DNA from: an uncultured Peptococcaceae bacterium
GTDB lineage: Bacteria; Bacillota; Dehalobacteriia; UBA4068; UBA4997
DNA length: 64,000 nucleotides
Direction: 5' to 3'
NCBI GenBank assembly: GCA_964569265.1
Contig: CAZMTO010000001.1
Coordinates: 3,995 to 67,994, forward strand
The notes under the pieces were generated by a model. The model worked only from the letters and a program-made list of their open reading frames with translations, was not told the DNA's origin and did not search any database. The first letter of the stretch is position 1; each line of letters starts with the position of its first letter. Position numbers and translations under genes: made by a program. Shown piece by piece: positions 28,004 to 38,171 of the stretch.

Positions 28004-28096
28004 ACCGCCGCGCAAGCCTTGGTCAGCCTATAAAAAACCACCGGCACAGCCCTTGCATAAAAGGCATACCGGTGGTTTTGTTGTGTTTTAAGCTTA

Positions 28097-29041
28097 TCAG
28101 TCTACCAATTTAGCCGCAGCCAACAGGGCAGCTTCGGCATCGGTGGCAATTTTAGCCATAATATCAGCTATTTTGCCGCCGCCGGTTATCAGGCCGGATA
28201 TTTGCCCGGCCATAAGGCAGCCGTTTTCCACATCGCCGCGCTTGGCTTTTAACAGGCCCTCTGCCGCCAAAGCATCACGCTCGGCCTCGGTGCCCGGTAT
28301 TTTTTCCAGCTCGGCATATTTAAGCACCATAGTATTTTTAAGCGACCTTACCACGTGCGACGTACCGCGCCCGGTAACAATAGTTTCAGTATCTATGGCG
28401 TTAATAATGCGCTGTTTAAAGGCATCGTCTATCGGACATTCATCGGCTACCATAAAGGCCGTGCCTATTTGCACACCCACGGCGCCCATAAGCAGCATAG
28501 CCGCCATAGCGTTGCCGCTGGCAATACCGCCTGCCGCCAAAACCGGTATATCTACTGCTGCCAAAACCTGCGGCAGCAGCGCAAGGGTAGTCATTTCGCC
28601 AACGTGCCCACCGGATTCCGTACCTTCGGCCACCACGGCGTAAGCACCGGCCTTAGCCGCCTTTACTGCGGCACGCACATTGGGTATAACCGGTATAACC
28701 TTTACACCGCCCGCCAAAAGCTCCGGCATATAGGGGGTGGGGTCTCCGGCACCGGTAGTAACCACCGGCACCTTATTTTCCACCACAATTTTTACCATCT
28801 CTTTTATTTCGGGCGTTTGCAGCATAAGGTTAACGCCAAAGGGTTTATCGGTAAGCTGCTTACAGCGTTTTACCTCGGCTTCTACCTGAGCAGCCGTAAG
28901 GCCGCTGCTGCATACCAAACCCAGCCCGCCGGCATTGCTGGCTGCTGCTGCCATTGCACCGTCGGTAATGTAGGCCATACCGCCGGAAAATATCGGGTAT
29001 TTAAGCCCTAAATCTTTACATAAAACACTGTTAATGCTCAT
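28097..29041 (-). CDS. nitronate monooxygenase / FabK-family FMN oxidoreductase
   Basis: 314 aa TIM-barrel flavoenzyme signature (IFSGGMAYITDGAMAAAASNAGGLGL, GAGDPTPY...). Confidence 0.8.
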   Translation of the reverse strand: MSINSVLCKDLGLKYPIFSGGMAYITDGAMAAAASNAGGLGLVCSSGLTAAQVEAEVKRCKQLTDKPFGVNLMLQTPEIKEMVKIVVENKVPVVTTGAGDPTPYMPELLAGGVKVIPVIPNVRAAVKAAKAGAYAVVAEGTESGGHVGEMTTLALLPQVLAAVDIPVLAAGGIASGNAMAAMLLMGAVGVQIGTAFMVADECPIDDAFKQRIINAIDTETIVTGRGTSHVVRSLKNTMVLKYAELEKIPGTEAERDALAAEGLLKAKRGDVENGCLMAGQISGLITGGGKIADIMAKIATDAEAALLAAAKLVD

Positions 29042-29083
29042 ATTATCTCCTTTTTATAAAAAAATTATAAAAATTTATAAAAA

Positions 29084-30358
29084 TCAGTCCTGTTTGGTAA
29101 TATATTCTATGCCGCCCATATACGGTACCAGAACATCGGGCACCTTTACGCTGCCATCGGGTTGCAGGTAATTTTCCAAGATTGCTGCTACTGTGCGGCC
29201 AACTGCCAAACCGGAACCATTAAGGGTGTGAACATATTCCGGTTTGCTTTTAGCGTCACGACGGAAGCGAATGTTAGCGCGGCGTGCCTGATAATCTTCA
29301 AAGTTAGAGCAGGAGGAGATTTCGCGGTAGATACCGGCGCCTGCCATATAAACCTCAATATCGTAGGTTTTGGCCGAACTAAAGCCTAAATCGCCGCCGC
29401 ACAAGGTAACCACCTGATAAGGCAGACCCAGCATTTGCAGCAGAACCTCGGCATCGTGGGTAAGAGATTCCAGCTCATCGTAGCTGTTTTCCGGCTGGCA
29501 GAATTTTACCAGTTCTACCTTGTTAAACTGGTGCTGACGAATAATACCGCGGGTGTCGCGCCCGGCAGAACCGGCCTCGGCACGGAAGCAGGCGGAATAT
29601 GCACAGTGATGAATAGGCAGCTTGTCGCCCTCTAAAATTTCATCCGCATACAAGTTGGTAACCGGTACTTCGGCAGTGGGTATCAAATAATAATCGGTGC
29701 CTTCAATATGAAACATATCTTCGGCAAACTTGGGCAACTGGCCGGTACCGGTCATAGCCTTGCTGTTTACCATATAAGGCGGAAAAATTTCAACGTAGGT
29801 TTTGCTGGTGTGGGTATCCAAAAAGAAATTGTAAACCGCACGCTCTAAACGCGCACCCAGCCCACGATAAACGGTAAAACGGGCACCGGCAATTTTAGCA
29901 GCACGTTCAAAGTCTAAAATATTCAGGTCAGTAGCAACATCCCAGTGGTTTTTGGGCTCTGCAATCTGCGGCAGCTCGCCCCAACGGCGCTGCACCGGGT
30001 TATCGGCATCGGAATTACCAAAGGGTACACTTTCATTAGGGATATTGGGAATCGCCAGCAGCTCTTTGCGTACAGTTTCTTCGGCCTCGCGTACTTTGTT
30101 GTCCAGCTCGCTGATAGTATCGCCCAAAGCGCGCATTTTATCCATAATTTCGGTAGCATCCTGGCCGCTTTTTTTCAGCATACCAACCTCTTTAGAGGCG
30201 GCATTTTTTTCGGCCTTCATAACTTCTACTTCCGCCAACAGCTCTTTGCGGGCAGCTTCGGCCTGCAAAAAACGGCTAAGGTCTACCTGAATGTTACGTT
30301 TTTTCAACTTTTCTACCACCAGTTCGGGGTTGGCAGCTACAAATTTAGCATCTAACAT
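29084..30358 (-). CDS. serS: seryl-tRNA synthetase
   Basis: 424 aa with an N-terminal coiled-coil arm and class II motifs (...[14 protein letters not shown]..., GSGLAVGRT). Confidence 0.92.
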   Translation of the reverse strand: MLDAKFVAANPELVVEKLKKRNIQVDLSRFLQAEAARKELLAEVEVMKAEKNAASKEVGMLKKSGQDATEIMDKMRALGDTISELDNKVREAEETVRKELLAIPNIPNESVPFGNSDADNPVQRRWGELPQIAEPKNHWDVATDLNILDFERAAKIAGARFTVYRGLGARLERAVYNFFLDTHTSKTYVEIFPPYMVNSKAMTGTGQLPKFAEDMFHIEGTDYYLIPTAEVPVTNLYADEILEGDKLPIHHCAYSACFRAEAGSAGRDTRGIIRQHQFNKVELVKFCQPENSYDELESLTHDAEVLLQMLGLPYQVVTLCGGDLGFSSAKTYDIEVYMAGAGIYREISSCSNFEDYQARRANIRFRRDAKSKPEYVHTLNGSGLAVGRTVAAILENYLQPDGSVKVPDVLVPYMGGIEYITKQD

Positions 30359-30409
30359 AATAAAATACCTCCATAAATAACTTGTAACAATTTGTATAAA
30401 TATAAATAA

Positions 30410-31045
30410 TTATAATAATAACAATTTAGCCAATGCGTTAACATCTTCAACAAAAAAGTCCGGCTCGGCCTGCTTTAAAGTGGTGCCAAATACCCCCCAA
30501 CCTACACCAATAGTAGCCATACCGGCGGCCTTACCGCAGGCAATATCTACCGGGGCATCACCGATAAAAACCGCATTTTTGGGGTCTACTGCCATTTTTT
30601 GCAAAGCCAGCAGGGCCGGCTCAGCATCGGGTTTATGTTTAACAGAAGCATCACAACCCAAAACAGCGGTAAAATAATCTTTTATGCCTAAAAGCTCCAT
30701 CGACCAATCGGCACCCCACTGATGACGCGAGGTGACAATGGCCAGCGCTACGCCGGCCTGTTGCAGCTTGCTTAGCAGCGTAGGCACACCGGGAAAAGGC
30801 TTGATCATTTTGGGCATATAAAGCAGGTTAAATTCGCCAAAATTTTTAATGTACTCATCTTCTCGGCCGGGAGCAAAGCAGGCGGCAGTTTCGACAAGCG
30901 GCTTGCCGATAAAGGCTGATACTTCGTCTTTATTCCACGGCAAACCCATTTTTTTATGTGTTGATTCGGAGCTTTTTAAAATCATGGCCACACTGTCTGA
31001 CAATGTGCCGTCCAGATCGAAAACTATTCCGCTGAATTTAGGCAT
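30410..31045 (-). CDS. HAD-IA family hydrolase (phosphatase)
   Basis: Motif I FDLDGTL, motif III K, and motif IV GDAPVDI. It is immediately upstream of serS. Confidence 0.8.
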   Translation of the reverse strand: MPKFSGIVFDLDGTLSDSVAMILKSSESTHKKMGLPWNKDEVSAFIGKPLVETAACFAPGREDEYIKNFGEFNLLYMPKMIKPFPGVPTLLSKLQQAGVALAIVTSRHQWGADWSMELLGIKDYFTAVLGCDASVKHKPDAEPALLALQKMAVDPKNAVFIGDAPVDIACGKAAGMATIGVGWGVFGTTLKQAEPDFFVEDVNALAKLLLL

Positions 31046-31316
31046 AATATCATCCCCCTTAAACGCTCATACAATTTTATTTTATTTTTATGGATATTTA
31101 TACATTTTATGAAGCCCGCACCCTATATACCTTGGCAGGCATCCTTGATTAAAGCGGCGCGGATTTTGATTGAAATAACGAACCCAAAGTCAAGGAATTG
31201 CAAGAGTGGTACAGATGCAAGGAACAGAATTTCGAGTCAACAGAGGCGTACTTAATGTACGCCGACAAGCGAGAAATTATATGACACAGCAGATGGAGTG
31301 CTATTGGACTTCCGCT

Positions 31317-32255
31317 CTAAAAGGTGGAGTTAGGTAACAAAATAGCAATAATCCTCTCCAACTCCTCGTCGCCGTAATATTCCAGGGTAATTTTGCCGTG
31401 CGATTTTTTGCCGCCGGCTTTACCGATACGCTGCACGTTAACCTTGGTTTGCAGTTTATCGCGCAGCTTTTCTTCTACGGCTTGCAGCAGCAAATCTTCG
31501 GGCGGCGCCGGAGAAGGCGGCGTCAGCTTTAGCAGCTTTTTTTTGGCCAATTTGTGCAGCTCTTTGGGGTCTTTGGCCAGCGCTTCGGTTTGCCGCACCG
31601 ATAATCCCTCGTCCTGCACACGTTCGGCCAGCAGCAGTCTATCTTCGGCATTTTCCAACATCAACAGGGCACGCCCGTGGCCGGCGGTTAAATTGCCCTT
31701 AACTATCAGCGCCTGAATTTCGTCCGGCAGGGCCAAAAGCCGCAGGGTGTTAGCCACATACACACGTGATTTTCCCAGTTTTTCGGCCAGTTGCGCCTGT
31801 GTATAGCCGTAATTGTCCAAAAGCTCGCGGTAAGATGCTGCCTCCTCAAGGGGGTTAAGCTCCTGCCGCTGAATATTTTCAATCAACGCAACAGCCAACG
31901 TAACCTCGTCGGCCAGCTCTTTTACAATCGCCGGAACCGTCTTTAAACCGGCCAGCTTAGCCGCTCTGTAACGTCTTTCGCCGGCCACTATTTCAAAATT
32001 GCCGCTTTTGCCAACGGGGCGCACCAAAATAGGCTGCAAAACGCCCTGCTCTTTAATGCTTGCGGCCAGCTCGTTAAGCTTACCCTCGTCAAAACGGCGG
32101 CGCGGCTGATCCGGATTAGCAATGATTTTATCTAATTTTAGCTGCATAACGCGCTCGCCCGGTGTTTCCGTCTGCTGCACCTGCTGTATCGGTGCCATAT
32201 CACCAAACAAAGCGTTTACGCCGCTGCCCAAACCTTTTTTACCCATAGTGTTCAC
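31317..32255 (-). CDS. parB: chromosome partitioning protein ParB/Spo0J
   Basis: ParB N-terminal box (GERRYRAA), an HTH (TQAQLAEKLGKSRVYVANTLRLL), and its position after parA. Confidence 0.9.
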   Translation of the reverse strand: MNTMGKKGLGSGVNALFGDMAPIQQVQQTETPGERVMQLKLDKIIANPDQPRRRFDEGKLNELAASIKEQGVLQPILVRPVGKSGNFEIVAGERRYRAAKLAGLKTVPAIVKELADEVTLAVALIENIQRQELNPLEEAASYRELLDNYGYTQAQLAEKLGKSRVYVANTLRLLALPDEIQALIVKGNLTAGHGRALLMLENAEDRLLLAERVQDEGLSVRQTEALAKDPKELHKLAKKKLLKLTPPSPAPPEDLLLQAVEEKLRDKLQTKVNVQRIGKAGGKKSHGKITLEYYGDEELERIIAILLPNSTF

Positions 32256-32299
32256 TCCTGAATACTAAATATTCTTACAGATTTTATGTATTATTATGC

Positions 32300-33064
32300 T
32301 TATTCGGTGCGCTCTATAACCAGCCGGGCAAGCTGTTGATAGGTTTCGGCACCTTTGCTTTTAGGGTCGTAATAGCTTATCGGCATACCATGGCTTGGAG
32401 CTTCGGACAGGCGAACGTTACGCGGAATAAACACGTTAAAAACCAAATCGCCAAAATGCTCTTTTACCTGATCTACCACCTGCGCGGCCAAATTTACCCG
32501 CGAATCAAACATAGTTATAAGCACGCCCAAAATTTTTAACTGCGGGTTTAACCCCTGACGCACCTTCATAAAGCTGGAAAACAACTGCTGCAAGCCCTCT
32601 AAAGCGTAATATTCGGCCTGCACCGGTATAATTATACTGTCGGCCGCGGTAAGCGCGTTAATGGTAAGCAGCCCTAAAGAAGGCGGACAATCTATCAGCA
32701 GGTAATCGAACGCCGGCGCTACGTATTCCAGCCCCATAAGCAGGCGGCGTTCGCGCTGTTCCATAGTTACCAGCTCAATTTCGGCACCGGCCAGGTTAAT
32801 ATCTGCCGGCAAAACATAAAGCTCGCCAAATTCGGTCGGCAAAATAACATCTTCGGCCTTATCATCATCTACCAGCATAGTATAAATACTGCCGTTAAGC
32901 GTTCGGCGGTTTATGCCAAGGCCGCTGGTTGCATTGCCCTGCGGGTCTAAATCTACCACCAGCACTTTTTTGCCGGCCCGCACCAGCGCATCTGCCAAAT
33001 TGATGACCGTAGTGGTTTTAGCCACACCGCCCTTTTGATTGGTAACAGCAATAATTTGTCCCAT
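32300..33064 (-). CDS. parA: chromosome partitioning ATPase ParA/Soj
   Basis: Deviant Walker A KGGVAKTTT, 254 aa. Confidence 0.92.
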   Translation of the reverse strand: MGQIIAVTNQKGGVAKTTTVINLADALVRAGKKVLVVDLDPQGNATSGLGINRRTLNGSIYTMLVDDDKAEDVILPTEFGELYVLPADINLAGAEIELVTMEQRERRLLMGLEYVAPAFDYLLIDCPPSLGLLTINALTAADSIIIPVQAEYYALEGLQQLFSSFMKVRQGLNPQLKILGVLITMFDSRVNLAAQVVDQVKEHFGDLVFNVFIPRNVRLSEAPSHGMPISYYDPKSKGAETYQQLARLVIERTE

Positions 33065-33096
33065 AACGGCACCCTCTTTTTCCCAAAATCTACAAA

Positions 33097-33936
33097 TTAA
33101 AAAGGCTTACGTTTTATAGCACCACTGTTGCGCGGCAGTTCGCGGCGGCAGGGCACCACCTTTTTTATTTCTATTACAGCGCGGGCTTCGCCGTTGGGCA
33201 GCTTATATTCGGTAACACCTTCTAAGCGCCCACCCAGTTGAAATATCGCGTTTTCGGCAGCGTCTAATTCTTCCTTATAATTAGCACCTTTCATCGCCAA
33301 AAAGCTGCCGCCCATTTTTACCATCGGCATACAATATTCGGTAAGCACATTTAACGGTGCCACGGCGCGTGCCGTCGCAAAGTCAAATTTTTCGCGGTAA
33401 ATTACGCGGTGGCCGGCTTCTTCGGCCCTAAAGCGGCCAATAGCAATATTATTTACGTTGATATTGCCGCAGGCAAATTTAACAAATTCATAGCGCTTGT
33501 TCAGTGCCTCGATAACCGCAATTTTGTGCGCAGGGTGTGTAATTGCCAGCGGAATAGCCGGCATACCGGCGCCGGTGCCAACGTCCATAAGCATTTTGCG
33601 CGGGTAGTTTTCAATAAACGGCGACAACATCAGAGAATCTATAATATGCTTAATTGCAAATTCCTCAGCATCGGTGATGGCCGTAAGGTTAATGTTGGCA
33701 TTACTGCGCACTACCATTTCATAATAATCGGTAAGCTGCTCCAACATTTGTTCGTCAAAATCTACGCCGGTTTTGCCGATATGCTTTTGCACCACCTTAG
33801 CAAAGGTATCGCGGTCTATTTTTACGCCGTCTAAAGTAAGGTTTTCGTCCTGCGTGCCGCCTCTGTCTTCACCAAAAGTGTAGCTCGCCGGGGTTTTAAC
33901 CTGCTCGGTGCGGTTTTTCTTAAAAAAATCAAACAT
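33097..33936 (-). CDS. rsmG: 16S rRNA (guanine527-N7)-methyltransferase RsmG (GidB)
   Basis: SAM motif DVGTGAGMPAIPLAI and NLTAITD. It carries a roughly 40-aa N-terminal extension relative to typical RsmG, so the start is uncertain. Confidence 0.85.
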   Translation of the reverse strand: MFDFFKKNRTEQVKTPASYTFGEDRGGTQDENLTLDGVKIDRDTFAKVVQKHIGKTGVDFDEQMLEQLTDYYEMVVRSNANINLTAITDAEEFAIKHIIDSLMLSPFIENYPRKMLMDVGTGAGMPAIPLAITHPAHKIAVIEALNKRYEFVKFACGNINVNNIAIGRFRAEEAGHRVIYREKFDFATARAVAPLNVLTEYCMPMVKMGGSFLAMKGANYKEELDAAENAIFQLGGRLEGVTEYKLPNGEARAVIEIKKVVPCRRELPRNSGAIKRKPF

Positions 33937-33948
33937 TGCCCTCTCCTG

Positions 33949-33964
33949 TGTTCCACGTGAAACA
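33949..33964. promoter_or_regulatory. parS centromere site (TGTTCCACGTGAAACA)
   Basis: Perfect match to the Firmicute parS 16-mer palindrome, 12 nt upstream of rsmG. Confidence 0.85.
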
Positions 33965-34009
33965 TTGTTTTACATTATATTTTTATCGTATCTTAGATGT
34001 ATTCTACTT

Positions 34010-35926
34010 TTATGCTTTAACTTCCTGCTTTTGGCGCAGCCAAATCAACAAAACAGCAATATCCGCAGGAGAAACGCCGGTTATGCGCCCGGCCTGCCCC
34101 AGATTATCCGGTTTAACCTCGTTTAATTTTTGCCGTGCCTCCAGGCTGAGGCCCTCTATTTGCAGATAATCAACGTTTTGCGGCAAACGCTTGCCTTCTA
34201 ACTGCCTGAATTTTTCTACCTGAATTTGCTGCTTGGCAATGTAGCCGGCATATTTGGCGTCAACATCCAACTGTTCGGCAACATCGGCCACCACCGGTGT
34301 AAGGTTAAGCAGACGGCAAACCTGCGCATAGGTTATACCGGGACGGCACAAAAGCTCCCAGGCGCGTATACCGCCGTTAAGCTGCGGCATATTAAGCTCT
34401 TGCAGCAGCTCAGCCAAGCCGGGGGTATCGTTTTTAATTACTGCGGCCTGCAAATCGGCTTTTTCGGCAACAACCGCCGCCATTTTAGCCGACAACCGGT
34501 CAACATCGGCCTGCGGCACCAAACCAAGCCCGTGCGCCTTAGCCGTCAGACGTTGGTCGGCATTATCGTTGCGCAGCAGCAGGCGGTATTCCGCCAAAGA
34601 TGTAAACATACGGTAGGGCTCGGTAACACCCTTAGTCACCAGATCATCGATCAGCACGCCCAAATATGCTTCATCACGGCCCAGCAGCAGCGGCGGCCTC
34701 CCCAACAGGCTAAGCGCCGCATTGGCACCGGCATACAGGCCTTGCCCTGCGGCTTCTTCGTAGCCCGATGTACCGTTTATCTGGCCGGCGGTATAAAGCC
34801 CCGGCACCGTTTTTACCTCTAAGGTGCGCTTTAATTGCGTTGGGTATACAAAATCGTATTCTATGGCGTAAGCCGGGCGAATTATTTTGACGTTTTGCAT
34901 ACCGGGTATGGTGCGCATAAAGGCATACTGTACATCTTCGGGCAGGCTGGTAGACATACCCTGCACGTAATATTCGTTGGTATTAAGCCCTTCCGGCTCT
35001 AAAAACAACTGATGATGCGGATTATTGGGAAAACGCCGCAGTTTATCTTCTATCGATGGGCAATAGCGCGGCCCAATACCCTTAATCTGGCCGGAATACA
35101 GCGGGCATCTGTCCATATTATCTAAAATGGCCTTGTGTGTGTCGGCGTTGGTGTAAGTAAGCCAGCAACTGATGTTAGGACGCGGTGCTGCCAACTGCGG
35201 CTTGCTGTGCGAAAAATACAGCTCGCCCTCGTCACCTTTTTGCTCGCTCATACAGCTAAAGTCCAGCGTATCACGGTCTACACGCGCCGGGGTGCCGGTT
35301 TTAAACCGCCCCAGCTTTAAACCCAGCTTTTGCAGGCTATCTGACAAATAAGCTGCCGGTGGGTAGCCTGCCGGGCCGGACGGATAAGCGCAACTGCCCA
35401 TAATAACGCTGCCCTTTAAATAGGTGCCGCTTGTTATAACCAGCCTTTGGCATTTATAAACCGCGCCGGTTCTAAGGCGTATGCCGCTTACAGCACCGTC
35501 GGTTGTTAAAATATCAGTAACCTCGCCCTGCTTAATATCCAGCCCAGGTGTTTGCTGCAAATAGCTAAGCATAGCCTGTTGATACGCCTTTTTATCTATT
35601 TGGGCACGCAGAGCCTGCACTGCCGCGCCTTTGCTGGTATTAAGCCGCCGTATCTGAATTTGCGTTTGGTCGGTTATTTTGCCCATAGCACCGCCCATGG
35701 CGTCAATTTCTCGCACAATAACACCCTTGGCCGGCCCACCTATAGATGGATTGCACGGCGCCATAGCCACACTGTCCATAGACAGCGTTACCAGCAGTGT
35801 GCTTACACCAAGGCGCGCTGCCGCCAAAGCAGCTTCGCAGCCGGCGTGCCCGGCACCAATAACGGCTACATCATATTTGCCTGCAACAAAAATATCGCGG
35901 TCATTTTTTTCTGATAATTCTGTCAC
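34010..35926 (-). CDS. mnmG: tRNA uridine 5-carboxymethylaminomethyl modification enzyme MnmG (GidA)
   Basis: FAD motif YDVAVIGAGHAGCEAALAAARLG, 638 aa. Confidence 0.95.
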   Translation of the reverse strand: MTELSEKNDRDIFVAGKYDVAVIGAGHAGCEAALAAARLGVSTLLVTLSMDSVAMAPCNPSIGGPAKGVIVREIDAMGGAMGKITDQTQIQIRRLNTSKGAAVQALRAQIDKKAYQQAMLSYLQQTPGLDIKQGEVTDILTTDGAVSGIRLRTGAVYKCQRLVITSGTYLKGSVIMGSCAYPSGPAGYPPAAYLSDSLQKLGLKLGRFKTGTPARVDRDTLDFSCMSEQKGDEGELYFSHSKPQLAAPRPNISCWLTYTNADTHKAILDNMDRCPLYSGQIKGIGPRYCPSIEDKLRRFPNNPHHQLFLEPEGLNTNEYYVQGMSTSLPEDVQYAFMRTIPGMQNVKIIRPAYAIEYDFVYPTQLKRTLEVKTVPGLYTAGQINGTSGYEEAAGQGLYAGANAALSLLGRPPLLLGRDEAYLGVLIDDLVTKGVTEPYRMFTSLAEYRLLLRNDNADQRLTAKAHGLGLVPQADVDRLSAKMAAVVAEKADLQAAVIKNDTPGLAELLQELNMPQLNGGIRAWELLCRPGITYAQVCRLLNLTPVVADVAEQLDVDAKYAGYIAKQQIQVEKFRQLEGKRLPQNVDYLQIEGLSLEARQKLNEVKPDNLGQAGRITGVSPADIAVLLIWLRQKQEVKA

Positions 35927-35944
35927 CTTACGCCTCCATACTAA

Positions 35945-35960
35945 TGTTTCATGTGAAACA
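35945..35960. promoter_or_regulatory. parS-like site (TGTTTCATGTGAAACA, one mismatch)
   Basis: 15 of 16 positions match parS. It lies between mnmE and mnmG. Confidence 0.65.
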
Positions 35961-36075
35961 TTTTACCACAGCAACGCCCCATTTGCAATATCTGCACCAC
36001 GCCCCGCATAATAAAAATGCAGACCATACACAGCCTGCATTTTTGTAATATTTTGTAATATTTTTGCAAATATGC

Positions 36076-37452
36076 TTATTTACCCAAACAAAACCGAGAA
36101 AAAACCCGGTCAATAATATCATCGGCAGCAGCCTCACCGCTGATTTCGGCCAAAGCCTGCCACGCCGTTTGTAAATCAACGCTAAGCATATCCGCATCAA
36201 AATATTCGGTATGCGCGGCGGCATCCTGCATAGCACGGCGGGCGGTTAACAGTGCTGCCTGCTGGCGTTCGTTAAGCAAACAGGTAAGCGGCTCGCCACC
36301 GGAATTTTGCGCCAGCAAACCAACTATCTGCTGCTTCAGCTCGTCTAAGCCGCCGCCCTGCTTAGCCGATATTGTCAGCACACATATATGCGGTGCCTGC
36401 TGCTGTATGGCGACAAGCTGCCGCGCCTGCTCTGCCGGCGTACAAATATCCGCCTTGTTAAACAACACCAGCATTGGGCGGGCGGCGTTATCCTTTATAA
36501 TGTCCAGCCAAAAATCATCTATGGGGCGGGCAACATCAAGCAGCAACAACACCAAATCGGCCTGTGCCAAAACCCGTCGGCTGCGCTCAATGCCGGCCTG
36601 TTCCACAATATCATCGGTTTGGCGTATACCGGCGGTGTCCACCAGCTTCAGCGGCCAACCGTTAAGCGTATAGTATTCTTCTACGGTGTCGCGGGTGGTG
36701 CCGGCAACCTGCGTAACTATCGAACGTTCTACCTGCAAAAGGGCGTTAAGCAGGGTAGATTTACCGGCATTTGCCGGCCCGATAATGGCGGTAAGCACAC
36801 CGTCGCGCAGCAGCCTGCCCTCTTTGGCGCGGCTTAGCAGCTCATCTACCACCGCCTGCACATTAGCCAGCTTATCGGCCAGCCCAGCACCCGGCGCAGT
36901 GTCCTCGTGTTCCTCCGGGTAATCTATCAACAGCTCCAGCTCGGCCAGCATATCCAGCAGTTTATCTGCCGCCCGGGCAATTTGCTGCTTTAAGCTGCCT
37001 GCCAACTGCTGTTCGGCCGCCTTTAAACCTTCGGCAGTTTTAGCTTCTATAATATCTATCACCGCTTCGGCCTGGTCTAAAGACATTTTACCGTTAATAA
37101 ATGCCCGTGATGTAAATTCTCCGGGGCCGGCAGGGCACGCCCCCGCCGCAAACACCGCCGACAGAATTTCCCGGCAAACAACATAACCGCCGTGACACTG
37201 AATTTCTGCCACATCTTCACCGGTATAAGAATTAGGCCCGGGCATATACACAGCCAGCGCTTCATCTAAAATATCACCGGCAGCACTGTACACACGGCCA
37301 AGGTGCATATAGCGCGGCTTAAAGCTTTGGCCGCTGTGCGGCTTAAACACTGCCTGCAATACCGGCAGTGCATCGGTGCCGCTAATACGTATAACCCCAA
37401 TACCGCCGGTGCCCGGCGGCGTAGCTATGGCGGCAACAGTTTGGCCCAGCAT
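36076..37452 (-). CDS. mnmE: tRNA modification GTPase MnmE (TrmE)
   Basis: G1 motif GPANAGKSTLLNAL and a C-terminal CxGK (CLGK), 458 aa. Confidence 0.95.
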   Translation of the reverse strand: MLGQTVAAIATPPGTGGIGVIRISGTDALPVLQAVFKPHSGQSFKPRYMHLGRVYSAAGDILDEALAVYMPGPNSYTGEDVAEIQCHGGYVVCREILSAVFAAGACPAGPGEFTSRAFINGKMSLDQAEAVIDIIEAKTAEGLKAAEQQLAGSLKQQIARAADKLLDMLAELELLIDYPEEHEDTAPGAGLADKLANVQAVVDELLSRAKEGRLLRDGVLTAIIGPANAGKSTLLNALLQVERSIVTQVAGTTRDTVEEYYTLNGWPLKLVDTAGIRQTDDIVEQAGIERSRRVLAQADLVLLLLDVARPIDDFWLDIIKDNAARPMLVLFNKADICTPAEQARQLVAIQQQAPHICVLTISAKQGGGLDELKQQIVGLLAQNSGGEPLTCLLNERQQAALLTARRAMQDAAAHTEYFDADMLSVDLQTAWQALAEISGEAAADDIIDRVFSRFCLGK

Positions 37453-37505
37453 AAAATTCCCCCTATAAAAAGGCTGCCCCCAAGGAGCAGCCCAATTTGT
37501 TTTAT

Positions 37506-38129
37506 TTAGCGTGCCCGCTTAATAATAATTTTGCGGTACGGTTCTTCGCCTACGCTTACAGTCTTAATATCCTCATCATCCTGCAAGGCAATGTGGATAA
37601 TACGACGTTCGTGCGGGCTCATCGGCTCTAAAATAACGTCGCGGTCGGTGCGGCGTGCTTTATCAGCCATTTTTTTAGCCAGGTTGGTAAGTGTTCTTTC
37701 ACGCTCGGCACGGTAGTTTTCTACATCCAGCACAATGCGGGTTTTATCTTCAAACTGGCGGTTTACCGATAAATTGGTAAGATACTGCAAAGCATCAAGA
37801 GTTTCTCCGCGGCGGCCGATAATAGCACCCAAACCCTTGCCTCTAAAGGTTATCCAGATGATACCGTCTTTTTCTTCTACCTCGTGGGTAGGAATAACCT
37901 TTAAGCTTTTAAAAATAGGCTGCAAAAAGGCAATGGCATCACGTGCCGGGTCGTTTTCATTATAAGATACACGCACAACTGCATCTTTGCCGCCAAACAG
38001 ACCCAAAACACCCTTAGCGCCGGGGTCAATAACCTCTACCTCAACATCATTAAAACTGCAACCAAGCTCGGCTACGGCTAATTCTACAGCGGCATCCACA
38101 GTTTTTGCGGATTTTTCGATCACTTTCAT
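37506..38129 (-). CDS. jag: Jag/KhpB RNA-binding protein (KH + R3H domains)
   Basis: Conserved jag position after yidC. RBS GAGGAGG lies 7 nt upstream of MKVIEKS. Confidence 0.85.
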   Translation of the reverse strand: MKVIEKSAKTVDAAVELAVAELGCSFNDVEVEVIDPGAKGVLGLFGGKDAVVRVSYNENDPARDAIAFLQPIFKSLKVIPTHEVEEKDGIIWITFRGKGLGAIIGRRGETLDALQYLTNLSVNRQFEDKTRIVLDVENYRAERERTLTNLAKKMADKARRTDRDVILEPMSPHERRIIHIALQDDEDIKTVSVGEEPYRKIIIKRAR

Positions 38130-38171
38130 TATGTTACCTCCTCTGATTGCTTGTACAAGCAATGCAGGTAA

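Noticed and set aside
30359-31316. T-box leader for serS
   Set aside because: The serS-HAD spacer is only about 50 nt. The 270-nt region upstream of the HAD gene lacks the T-box consensus and a recognisable specifier loop on the minus strand.
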